A stretch of DNA of 41,071 bases from a bacterium (GTDB taxonomy: Bacteria; Chloroflexota; Chloroflexia; Thermomicrobiales; UBA6265): contig JAPOLF010000002.1 in the NCBI GenBank assembly GCA_029977305.1, positions 1 to 41,071 of the forward strand. Reading direction: 5' to 3'. Below the pieces are notes generated by a model. That model was not told the origin of the DNA. It saw only the letters and a program-made list of their open reading frames with translations, and did not search any database. Made by a program: the position numbers and the translations under genes. Shown piece after piece: positions 1-7,964 of this stretch; within the stretch, counting starts at the first letter, position 1, and each line of letters opens with the position of its first letter.

Positions 1-122
1 TGAACGTGGTGCCGATGCAGGTGCTCGCCCACCAGATGGCGGTGGTCAAGGGCGTGAACCCCGACACCTTCCGCTGGGACGACGAGCGCTACCGCGACGC
101 CTACGCGATCCTCCATCTCTGA
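1..122 (+). CDS. C-terminal fragment of a SIS-domain sugar-phosphate isomerase/deglycase-like protein (5' end outside window)
   Basis: Frame 3 reads NVVPMQVLAHQMAVVKGVNPDTFRWDDERYRDAYAILHL with TGA at 120-122. The VPMQ-LA-H-A---GV-PD segment parallels the C-terminus of the complete SIS gene at 37469-38503 (IVPMQLLALHMARARGVDPD) and GlmS-type isomerase domains. Only 39 codons are visible. Confidence 0.5.
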   Translation, partial: NVVPMQVLAHQMAVVKGVNPDTFRWDDERYRDAYAILHL

Positions 123-138
123 TCGGAGGCGCGGCGAA

Positions 139-1290
139 TCATCCCGCGAGCGTGAATCGATCTGGACTCATGCGCAGCAGGCTGATGTCGAGGTCCACCT
201 CATCGCGCTCGACGAGGTCGGCGATGATCTCGCCCACCACCGAGGCGAACTTGAAGCCGTGCCCGGAACAGGGTGAGGCGAGCACCACGTTCTGATGCAG
301 CGGGTGGCGGTCGATGACGAAGTGCTCATCGGGCGTGTTGGTAAACATGCAGGCACGCAGACCGACCGTCGGACCGGAAGCGGAGGGGAAGTAGCGGTCA
401 ACCACCTCGCGCAGCACGGCTTCGTCACGGGCGTTGGGGTCGCGGTCCATCGTGTCGGGATCGACGATCTCCTCGAGGTGGTGGTAGCGGCCGATCTTGA
501 AGCCGGGGACGCCGTGGACAGGGAAGCCGTAATAGCGCCCCTCCTCGACGAGCAGGTTGAAGACCGGGAAGGTGCTCGGCAGGTAACGATCGGGCAGGAG
601 CGGCTGGAACCACCCGAGGACCTGCCGCTCGGGGATGGCGAGCGGCGCGAAGCCGTCGATCAGCTTGCCCATCCAGGCGCCGGTCGCGAGCACGAGTTGG
701 TCAGCGGTGTACACGGTGCCGCGGTCGGTTTCGACGCGGACGCCGTCCTCCCCGGCGCTCCAGGCGACGATGCCCTCGCGGGCGTGGATCTCGGCACCGG
801 CCGCGACCGCGCCGAGGGCATGTGCGGTGACGCATGCCTCGGGGACGAGGAACCCGCCATCGGGTTGGAGCACCGCGCGGTGGGTGCTCGGCAGGCGGTA
901 TCCGGGGAAGCGATTGTTGAGCTCGTCGCCGGTGAGGACTTCGTGGCGGATGTCGTGCTCGATGCAGGAGGCGAGAGATGCGGCGAAGACGACCTCGTCG
1001 GCCCCGCTGGCATCGATGGACCCGGTGACATGAAGCAGCGTCTCGCCGAACTCGGTCTCCAATTGGTTCCAGAGGGTGAAGGCGCGACGGAGCAGGGGGA
1101 CGTAACTCGGGTGCTCGTAGTAGGCGAGACGGATGATCCGCGTGAAGCCGTGGTGGGAACCCATCGTGTGGGGGATGTCGAACCGCTCCAACCCGAGGGT
1201 GCGCAGGCCGCGCTTGGCGAGGTGGTAGCAGGCCGCGGAGCCCATCGAGCCCACGCCGGCGACGATGACATCGTAGTGCGCTGTGTTCAT
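139..1290 (-). CDS. FAD-dependent N-methyl amino acid oxidase, monomeric sarcosine oxidase / SolA (MTOX) family
   Basis: 383-aa ORF. N-terminal Rossmann motif YDVIVAGVGSMGSAA. The ACMFTNTPDEHFVID block matches the MSOX/MTOX region containing the flavinylated Cys. SGHGFKF near the C-terminus. GAGGAG RBS upstream of the ATG (reverse complement of 1299-1304). Confidence 0.85.
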   Translation of the reverse strand: MNTAHYDVIVAGVGSMGSAACYHLAKRGLRTLGLERFDIPHTMGSHHGFTRIIRLAYYEHPSYVPLLRRAFTLWNQLETEFGETLLHVTGSIDASGADEVVFAASLASCIEHDIRHEVLTGDELNNRFPGYRLPSTHRAVLQPDGGFLVPEACVTAHALGAVAAGAEIHAREGIVAWSAGEDGVRVETDRGTVYTADQLVLATGAWMGKLIDGFAPLAIPERQVLGWFQPLLPDRYLPSTFPVFNLLVEEGRYYGFPVHGVPGFKIGRYHHLEEIVDPDTMDRDPNARDEAVLREVVDRYFPSASGPTVGLRACMFTNTPDEHFVIDRHPLHQNVVLASPCSGHGFKFASVVGEIIADLVERDEVDLDISLLRMSPDRFTLAG

Positions 1291-1404
1291 CGGGGTGCTC
1301 TCCTCACGGCGGCCAGATGCGTCCCCATCATTATCCCGCCGATGGGCACGGTTGGCTGCAGATCGGCAAGGAGGGGCCCACGTTGCAGGGTGTCGGTCAG
1401 GAAA

Positions 1405-2247
1405 TCAGGCGCGTCCGGCCGAGCCGAGGATGCCGATCCGATTGCGCGCAGCGGCGATGACGGCGTCTTTCGCCTCCTCGAGCACGGCACGGGCGTCGGT
1501 CTCGTGCCCGGGGCGAACAGCGCTTTCGCGCAGCGCGTTCATGAACACCTTCTGCAGGGCGGTGGAGAGATTCACCTTGGTGATCCCGGCGCGAACCGCT
1601 CGGGCGAGTGTCTCGTCATCAACCCCGGACGATCCGTGCATCACGAGTGGCACCGGCACCGCCTGCCGCAGGGCTTGCACCAAGCCGATATCCACCACCG
1701 CGCCGGTGGTGGCCATGCCGTGCACCGTGCCAATGGCGACGGCGAGCGCATCAACCTTCGTTGCTGCGACGAACTGCGCGGCCTGATCGGGGTCGGTGCC
1801 GTCCTTCGGATGATGGCCGTCGCGGGCGTGGCCGACTTGTCCGAGTTCGGCCTCGGCGGAGGCGTTCGCGGCGTGGGCGCAGGCGACGACCTTGCGGGTC
1901 CAGACGATGTTCTCCTCGAAGGGGAGATCGGCGCCGTCGAACATGACAGAGGTGAACCCGGCGTCGAGAGCGTCCTCGCAGGCATCGAGGCTGGCCCCGT
2001 GGTCGAGGTGGAGGACCACGGGGACGGGGGCGGCATCGGCCATCGATTCGGCGAGGGCGGCGATCGGCCCGAGTCCGGCGTACTGCACGGTGCGAGGGCT
2101 GACCTGCACGACGACGGGCGATCGCTCGGCGACGGCGGCGCCGATGGCGGCCTGCAGGAATTCCAGATTGAAGATGTTGAAGGCTGGCACCGCGTACCCA
2201 CCGGCACGCGCCGCCGCAAGCATTTCCCGACCGCTGACCAACGCCAT
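1405..2247 (-). CDS. Class II ketose-bisphosphate aldolase (fructose-/tagatose-1,6-bisphosphate aldolase family)
   Basis: 280 aa counted from MALVSGREML. Motifs AFNIFNLE, VVLHLDHG, AIGTVHG and VMHGSSG are typical of class II (metal-dependent) FBA/GatY/KbaY enzymes. The longer 616-aa ORF on the track is an Arg/His-rich 5' extension that runs antisense to the kinase gene, so I do not use it. Confidence 0.85.
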   Translation of the reverse strand: MALVSGREMLAAARAGGYAVPAFNIFNLEFLQAAIGAAVAERSPVVVQVSPRTVQYAGLGPIAALAESMADAAPVPVVLHLDHGASLDACEDALDAGFTSVMFDGADLPFEENIVWTRKVVACAHAANASAEAELGQVGHARDGHHPKDGTDPDQAAQFVAATKVDALAVAIGTVHGMATTGAVVDIGLVQALRQAVPVPLVMHGSSGVDDETLARAVRAGITKVNLSTALQKVFMNALRESAVRPGHETDARAVLEEAKDAVIAAARNRIGILGSAGRA

Positions 2248-2388
2248 GGTGCTGTCCTTGTCGCTCCCTGATGGTGGACTGCCCCTATGATAGGGCGATG
2301 CAGCGGGAGCCCCGCCCTGATTCCGTGAATGTGCGGTGAATTTGGGACTCCCGGCCCGAGACGCAGTGCGAGAAACGAGGAAGACCCG

Positions 2389-3345
2389 ATGACGGCGTTG
2401 GACGTGCTCTCGCTCGGCATGATGATGGGCGAGGTGGCACCGCCGCGGGCTGGAGCCTCGGTGGCCGAGAGTCCCGACCTGGTGCTGTTCCCCTCGGGGT
2501 CGGCGACGATCTTCGTGATGGCATTGGCGAAACTCGGCGCGCGTGTGGGGACGCTCTCGCGAGTGGGGGACGACGAACTCGGCCGGTGGATGTTGGAGCG
2601 GGCGCATGCCGCGGGCATCGACACCTCGGGCGTGCGCACCGTGTCGGGGCAGCTGACCCCACTCGCATTGGCGAGCGTTGATGAGCAAGGCAAGAAGCGC
2701 TACGCGTTCTACCGATTCGATGGCACCTGCGATCCGTTGGCGACGCTGCGCTCGGCGGATGTGGAGGATGCGACGCTGCGGCGCGCCCGCGTCTTCGATG
2801 TCGGCGAGGCGAGCCTGCGGTCTTCGGTCCTGCGCGGCGAGACGCTCGACCTCATGGAGCGTGCGCGCGCCTTGGGATGCGCGGTGTGTTACACGCCGAA
2901 CTACCGGGCCTCCTCGTGGAAGGGCGGCGCGGAGGAGGCGATGCGGGTGCAGCGCGAGGCGATCGCACGGTGTGATGTCGCGCTGATGAACGCGGAGGAG
3001 GCGGAGCTGATCACGGGCGAGCGCGAGGTGCTGCGGGCGGCCGCCGCGTTGACGGAACTCGGCCCCACGATCGTCGCAGTGACCGACGGTAGCCACGCCA
3101 CCACCCTGTTGGCCGATGGCGCGGTGACCACGCTTCCGGTGGTGCCGACGACGGTCGTCTTCGACATCGGTGCGGGAGACACCTTCCACGCCGGATTTCT
3201 CGCGGCGTGGACGAGCGGCATGGACCCGGTGGAGAGTGCGCACTTCGCCCTGCACGCCGCGGCGCTGAAGATCTCCCGCCCGCCTGATCCCTCGCTGAAC
3301 CCGACGCGGGACGAGGTGCTGGCGGCGATGGCGGAGCGACGCTGA
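2389..3345 (+). CDS. PfkB-family carbohydrate (ketose/aminoketose) kinase
   Basis: Start chosen at MTALDVLSLG, preceded by GAGGAAG. C-terminal DIGAGDTFHAGF matches the PfkB/ribokinase anion-hole and catalytic-Asp signature. Length of about 318 aa is typical for the family. Confidence 0.8.
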   Translation: MTALDVLSLGMMMGEVAPPRAGASVAESPDLVLFPSGSATIFVMALAKLGARVGTLSRVGDDELGRWMLERAHAAGIDTSGVRTVSGQLTPLALASVDEQGKKRYAFYRFDGTCDPLATLRSADVEDATLRRARVFDVGEASLRSSVLRGETLDLMERARALGCAVCYTPNYRASSWKGGAEEAMRVQREAIARCDVALMNAEEAELITGEREVLRAAAALTELGPTIVAVTDGSHATTLLADGAVTTLPVVPTTVVFDIGAGDTFHAGFLAAWTSGMDPVESAHFALHAAALKISRPPDPSLNPTRDEVLAAMAERR

Positions 3346-3346
3346 C

Positions 3347-4159
3347 CTACGGGCAGTGACTGCCGAACTCCCGGTACTGGGGCGGCTCGGCGGCGTGGTA
3401 CTCGCGGCAAAGCGCCTCGAGGCGGGATTGCAGCAGTGCGAACAGGCGCGCGCCTTTCTCGGCAGAGGCGACGAGCGGATCGCCCATCACGCCATGTTCC
3501 ATCTCCCGGCGCCGCTCGGGGAACTTCGCGTAGCGCCCAACCTCGCCGGGGAAGGTGAGGCGCCATTCGTCGCGAACGGCGCGGTTCATGTCGACGAGAT
3601 CAGGTCGCAGCGCGAGTTGGAGGCTGGTCTCCCATTCGCCCGCGTGGCCGATGCTCAGGCCCTGATCGGAAATCGCCCACGCTTCCAGTTCGTCGTCCGC
3701 CATGTGCCAGTAGGTGAGGGCGACGGCCCAGATGTCCTCTTCGGCGAGTTTGACCGCGGTCGCCCACGTGGGCTGCTCGTTTCCGCCGTGGCCGTTGAGG
3801 AGGATGATGCGGCGGAACCCATTCGCCCAGATGCTTCGGGTGACGTCACAGAGGACATCGATGAAGGTCTCGAGGCGGAGAGTGATCGTGCCGATCTCCC
3901 CCATGTTGTAGTGGGTGAAGCCGTAGGTGACCGGCGGCGCGACGATCACCGGGAACACCTCGATCGCGGCCGCGGTCTCGATCGCGAGGTGGTAGGGGAT
4001 GCTGATGTCGACATCCTGCGGGCAGTGCGGACCGTGCTGCTCCACCGATCCGACTGGCACGATCACCACCCCGCGCTGCGCGACCGCATCGAGCAACTCG
4101 TGGCGCAACATCTCCTGCCACAACACCTTGCGACCATTGAGCGGACGGTGCAGCATCAT
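3347..4159 (-). CDS. Creatininase-family metal-dependent amidohydrolase
   Basis: 270 aa. Hallmark motifs VPVGSVEQHGPHCPQDVD (E-x-H...D metal ligands), LLNGHGGN and GHAGEWETS. The start codon overlaps the stop of the upstream SelA-like gene by 4 nt (ATGA, 4156-4159). Confidence 0.85.
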   Translation of the reverse strand: MMLHRPLNGRKVLWQEMLRHELLDAVAQRGVVIVPVGSVEQHGPHCPQDVDISIPYHLAIETAAAIEVFPVIVAPPVTYGFTHYNMGEIGTITLRLETFIDVLCDVTRSIWANGFRRIILLNGHGGNEQPTWATAVKLAEEDIWAVALTYWHMADDELEAWAISDQGLSIGHAGEWETSLQLALRPDLVDMNRAVRDEWRLTFPGEVGRYAKFPERRREMEHGVMGDPLVASAEKGARLFALLQSRLEALCREYHAAEPPQYREFGSHCP

Positions 4160-5370
4160 CGTTGTCCTTGGTGATGGCGGACGAGGTCGAGCACCTCCGC
4201 GAGGCGCGTGGCGACGATTCCCGCTTCCTCCTCGGTGAGGCTGAAGGGGTTGACCGAGATTCGGCCGTGATCCACGTAGGACTGGCCGACGGCGATCCGC
4301 GGAGTGCCGTCGATCAGGGCGTTCACCGTGGCGATGGCGCGGGCCGCCTGCTCGTCGCCGACGAACTGCACGACCAGCGACGGAATGGGATTGTCATCAC
4401 TCGTGGCGCGGGTCAGGGTGACATCGGTGCGTTCGGTGAGCGCCGCCTCGACGACATCCAACAACCGATGCCCGCGAACGGTGTCCTCGTGATCGCTGCC
4501 TGCGGCGAAGCGGCGGAGCGCGGTGATCAGGCCGGCAATCTCCTCGCGACCCACCTTCATGGAGCGGCCGAAGCCTTGGTGCGGGACCCCACGCAGTGAC
4601 CCGTCGGCGATGAGGCCGCGGCGGGACCACGTCTCGGGATGGACATCCATGTCTTGGTGCTGCAAAGCGACCGAGGCGATCAGGTCCTTGCGACCGGCGA
4701 GGATGCCACTCGCCTGAGGACCGCCGATCGCCTTGCCGCCGGAGAAGACGACGAGATCGGCACCTTCCGCGATGAAGCGGCGGAGATTGCCGCGCGGCGG
4801 CAGCTCCGCGGCTGCGTCGACGATCACCGGGATGCCACGTGCATGCGCAATGGCGCATACCTCGCGGAGGGGGACGGTGCCGGGGGTGTTCAACACGGGA
4901 CAGGCGACGGCGGCGGTGCGATCGGTGATCGCGGCGTCAATCTGCCACGGAGCGGTGCCCCCGGCTCCGGGGAACCCGAGGTAGCCGACCTCGACGAAGG
5001 AGACCCCCACCGCGCGGATCGCGTGGTCGTAGCTGTTGCGATGCCCGCGCTGGACGACGACCTCATTGCGCATGCCGGTGGTGTCGGGGAGACGATCCAT
5101 CGCGGCGACGTCCATCCCGACCACGCAGGCGGCAGTGCCCAAACTCAATCCGGCGGCGGCACCGGTGACGACGTATCCGGCCTCTGCCCCGGTGATCTCG
5201 GCGATGACGCGCCCAGCCGCAGCCTGCAATTCGTCAATCGGGACGAACGCTGCCGCGGCCTCCGCCATCGCCGCGACCACTTCCGGATCCATCCGGGTGC
5301 CGCCGAGGCGAGTCAGTGTGCCAGCAGCGTTGATCACGGTGGTGAGACCGAGGTCGCGGTAGAGGCTCAT
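4156..5370 (-). CDS. SelA-like PLP-dependent enzyme (L-seryl-tRNA(Sec) selenium transferase-related / DgaE-like family)
   Basis: 404 aa. N-terminal VINAAGTLTRLGG and the PLP-lysine block VVFSGGKAIGGPQASG resemble SelA (FSGDKLLGGPQAG). There is no N-terminal tRNA-binding extension, so it is more likely a small-molecule lyase/aminotransferase than true SelA. Confidence 0.75.
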   Translation of the reverse strand: MSLYRDLGLTTVINAAGTLTRLGGTRMDPEVVAAMAEAAAAFVPIDELQAAAGRVIAEITGAEAGYVVTGAAAGLSLGTAACVVGMDVAAMDRLPDTTGMRNEVVVQRGHRNSYDHAIRAVGVSFVEVGYLGFPGAGGTAPWQIDAAITDRTAAVACPVLNTPGTVPLREVCAIAHARGIPVIVDAAAELPPRGNLRRFIAEGADLVVFSGGKAIGGPQASGILAGRKDLIASVALQHQDMDVHPETWSRRGLIADGSLRGVPHQGFGRSMKVGREEIAGLITALRRFAAGSDHEDTVRGHRLLDVVEAALTERTDVTLTRATSDDNPIPSLVVQFVGDEQAARAIATVNALIDGTPRIAVGQSYVDHGRISVNPFSLTEEEAGIVATRLAEVLDLVRHHQGQR

Positions 5371-5593
5371 GGTGTGCTCCGGTGGGTCGATGGCGCGATG
5401 CGGGGGATCGTAGCAGGACAGGGGAACGATCCGGGATGCGGTCGACGGGTGGTGACCCCGTGCAACGGAGCGTGGAGTCGCACTTCACCTCAACAGTGAA
5501 CCGATGCCATGATCCTGCTAGGATGCGCAAACCGCGTCGGTGAACCGAGGACGGCCCTCGGCGCGGATGCGGAGCAGGAAAGGGGTTTCGGAA

Positions 5594-6514
5594 ATGAGTT
5601 CTGGAACTGGGTCCACCCCGACCAACCGACGCCGGCTGCTGCAGCGCAGCGCGGTGATCGGTGCCGCCGGCATGGCGGTCACCGGCCTCGCGGCCGCGCC
5701 GGTCGCGGCGCAGGACGGCGCAGGCGGCAAGCTGCAGGAAGTGCTCGATCGCGGCAAGCTCGTGGTCGGCACCGGCAGCACCAACCCGCCGTGGCACTAC
5801 GAGGACGAGAACGGCGCCCTCGTCGGGTTCGACATCGACATGGCCAAGCTCCTCGCCCGCGCGCTGTTCGGCCTGAGCGACGAGCAGCTGGCGAATCCGG
5901 AGGAGATGGCGAAGTACCTCGAGTTCGTCGTCGAGGCGTCGGATGCGCGCATCCCGAACGTCACCTCGGACAAGGTCGACATCGTCTGCCAGTTCATGAC
6001 GGTGACCCCGGCCCGTGCGCTCGAGGTTGAGTTCACGATTCCGTACTACCGTGAAGCGGTGGCCTTGCTGCTCCCGGCGGACTCGCCGTACAACAGCGCG
6101 GCCGAGCTGACCGGCAACGCCGCCAAGGTGGCGATCCTCGAGAACTCGTTCGCCGAGGAGCTGGTGCAGCGCGGCGTCGCCGATGCCGAGGTCTCGACCT
6201 ACGACTCGGTCGCGAACTCGGTGCTCGCGCTCGATTCCGGCCGCGTCGACGCGACCGCGATCGACCTTTCGACCGCGCAGTTCAAGGCCCTCCAGAACCC
6301 GGAGAAGTACAAGGTGTCGACCGACTCCTGGTCGCCGCAGACGTACTCCTTCGCGGTCAAGCCGGGCGATCAGCGCTGGCTGAACTGGGTCAACACCACC
6401 CTGCATGAGCTCATGACGGGCGTGGACTTCGGTTACTACCAGACGGCGTACAACGATGCCTTCGGCGTCGAGTTGGCGCCCCCGGCGTCGGGCTTCCCGA
6501 TCGAGTTCCGCTAG
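5594..6514 (+). CDS. ABC transporter substrate-binding protein, family 3 (polar amino acid/opine type), Tat signal
   Basis: Start chosen at MSSGTGSTPTNRRRLLQRSAVIGAAG (twin-arginine signal), preceded by a purine-rich RBS. The VVGTGSTNPPWHYEDENGALVGFDIDMAKLLA block is typical of family-3 SBPs. Confidence 0.85.
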   Translation: MSSGTGSTPTNRRRLLQRSAVIGAAGMAVTGLAAAPVAAQDGAGGKLQEVLDRGKLVVGTGSTNPPWHYEDENGALVGFDIDMAKLLARALFGLSDEQLANPEEMAKYLEFVVEASDARIPNVTSDKVDIVCQFMTVTPARALEVEFTIPYYREAVALLLPADSPYNSAAELTGNAAKVAILENSFAEELVQRGVADAEVSTYDSVANSVLALDSGRVDATAIDLSTAQFKALQNPEKYKVSTDSWSPQTYSFAVKPGDQRWLNWVNTTLHELMTGVDFGYYQTAYNDAFGVELAPPASGFPIEFR

Positions 6515-6533
6515 TCGTTTTCGGAGGCACACA

Positions 6534-6563
6534 TCCCGGTCGCGCGCCTGCGTGCGATCGGGA
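6534..6563 (+). promoter_or_regulatory. Intercistronic GC-rich stem-loop between the SBP and first permease gene
   Basis: UCCCGGUCGCGC / GUGCGAUCGGGA: 12-bp stem (two G-U pairs) with 6-nt loop, 20 nt after the SBP stop (6512-6514) and 24 nt before the permease GTG. No U-tract. Confidence 0.45.
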
Positions 6564-6586
6564 GCCTCCCCCGTGAGGGCCGCTGG

Positions 6587-7279
6587 GTGTTCGATCTCGA
6601 CTGGAACATCGTCCTCCGGTATCAGGACCTCATCGTCGAGGGCGTGATCATCGCGCTCCGGATGACGCTGATCAGTTTTGCCATCGGATCGGTGCTCGGG
6701 TTGCTGCTGGCCTATGCGCGAACCTCGGGGCGATCGTGGCTGGAGACCCCTGCCACCGCCTACGTCGAGTTCCTGCGCAACATCCCCCTCTTGCTGATCG
6801 TCTTGATCTACTACTTCGGGCTGCCGATGGTGGCCTACAAGAACTTCCCCGACTGGCTGGCCGATGCGGTCGTCTTCGATGGGGAAGGCTCGATGATCGT
6901 CGCGCTCAGCCTCTACTACGCGGCCTATCTGTGTGAGGTGTTCCGGGCGGGAATCCTCTCGGTCGGCCGCCGCTACCTCGACGCCGGGAAGTCGATCGGC
7001 CTGACGAATGTCGGGGTGGCCCGCTACATCACGGTGCCGATCATGTTCCGCAGCGTGTTGCCCTCGCTGACGAACACCGCCATCTCGCTCTTCAAGGACA
7101 CCTCGATCGCGATGGCGATCGCCGTGCCGGAATTGACCTTCGCGGCGCGGAAGATCAGCACGGACACCTTCAAGGTGTTCGAGGCATGGCTGACGGTCGG
7201 CGCGATCTATCTGGTGATCGCGTGGCTGATCGGCGCGGTGATGCGGGCGCTTGAGCGTCGCATCAAGTGGTCGGTGTAG
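6587..7279 (+). CDS. Amino acid ABC transporter permease (His/Glu/Gln/Arg/opine family)
   Basis: 230 aa, GTG start, multiple hydrophobic spans. Lies in an operon with the SBP, a second permease and the ATPase. Confidence 0.85.
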   Translation: MFDLDWNIVLRYQDLIVEGVIIALRMTLISFAIGSVLGLLLAYARTSGRSWLETPATAYVEFLRNIPLLLIVLIYYFGLPMVAYKNFPDWLADAVVFDGEGSMIVALSLYYAAYLCEVFRAGILSVGRRYLDAGKSIGLTNVGVARYITVPIMFRSVLPSLTNTAISLFKDTSIAMAIAVPELTFAARKISTDTFKVFEAWLTVGAIYLVIAWLIGAVMRALERRIKWSV

Positions 7280-7288
7280 GGCGGCGAG

Positions 7289-7945
7289 ATGGAGAAGACG
7301 CTCAGCGCCATCGCGCAGAATCTGGACTTGATGCTCGGCGGCCTCGGGGTCACGCTGGTGCTCTCGGTGCTGATCATCTTCTTCGGCACGATCATCGGCT
7401 TCCTCGGCGGCATGGGATTGACGAGCGGCCCGCGCTGGCTGAAGGCGTTGCTGCGGGTGTATGTCGACATCGTGCGCGGCACGCCCCTGTTGGTGCTGAT
7501 GTTCCTGCTCTTCTATCTGATGCCGGAATTCGGGGTGGACATCACCGGGTTCCAGACCGTGGTGGTCGCGCTGAGCCTCTTCGCCGGTGCGCACATCTCG
7601 GAGATCGTGCGCGGCGCGCTCACGGGCATCCCGAAGGGCCAGGCCGACGCGGCGAAGGCACTCGGCCTGACCTATTGGCCGATGATGCGCGAGATCATGA
7701 TCCCGCAGGCGATGCCGGCGGTGGTCCCGCCGTGGACCAACACCGCGATCGAGATGGTGAAAGGGACGTCGCTCGCATTCCTGCTGAGCGTCTCCGATCT
7801 CCTGTTCGAGACGCAGAACGTGGTGGAGCGGACGGGCATCGCCTTGCCGTTCTACTTCACGGCCGCGCTGATCTACCTCGCGGTCAACCTCCTCCTCTCG
7901 CGGTTCGGCCATTGGCTCGAGCAGCGCAACCGCTACGCGGCGTGA
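7289..7945 (+). CDS. Amino acid ABC transporter permease (second subunit)
   Basis: 218 aa hydrophobic protein. The A-ALGL block (ADAAKALGLTYWPMMREIMIPQA) is the EAA-loop region of this permease family. Starts 9 nt after the preceding permease. Confidence 0.85.
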   Translation: MEKTLSAIAQNLDLMLGGLGVTLVLSVLIIFFGTIIGFLGGMGLTSGPRWLKALLRVYVDIVRGTPLLVLMFLLFYLMPEFGVDITGFQTVVVALSLFAGAHISEIVRGALTGIPKGQADAAKALGLTYWPMMREIMIPQAMPAVVPPWTNTAIEMVKGTSLAFLLSVSDLLFETQNVVERTGIALPFYFTAALIYLAVNLLLSRFGHWLEQRNRYAA

Positions 7946-7964
7946 CGACAAGGGTGCAGCAACC

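Noticed and set aside
2283-2295. 13-bp palindrome CCCTAT-G-ATAGGG in the aldolase/kinase divergent promoter region.
   Set aside because: It is short (6-bp arms), a single occurrence, with no cognate regulator in the window. It cannot be distinguished from chance without comparative data.
2248-3255. N-terminal 336-aa extension of the aldolase ORF (track ORF 1405-3255, 616 aa).
   Set aside because: The extension is Arg/His-rich nonsense running antisense to the PfkB kinase gene. The aldolase homology begins at MALVSGREM (2247), giving the family-typical length of about 280 aa.
4156-5370. SelA-like gene as evidence for a selenocysteine-incorporation system.
   Set aside because: The protein lacks the SelA N-terminal tRNA-binding region. 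No selB/selC/selD is present, and every CDS in the window reads through without an in-frame TGA, so nothing suggests Sec decoding here.
5496-5548. 9-nt direct repeat GTGAACCGA (5496-5504, 5540-5548) and ATCCT-N3-AGGAT in the 223-bp divergent region; also considered as a possible small RNA or riboswitch.
   Set aside because: The repeats are too short to be significant. I could not recognise any conserved riboswitch-like core, tRNA-like arms or extended secondary structure. The region is most simply a bidirectional promoter.
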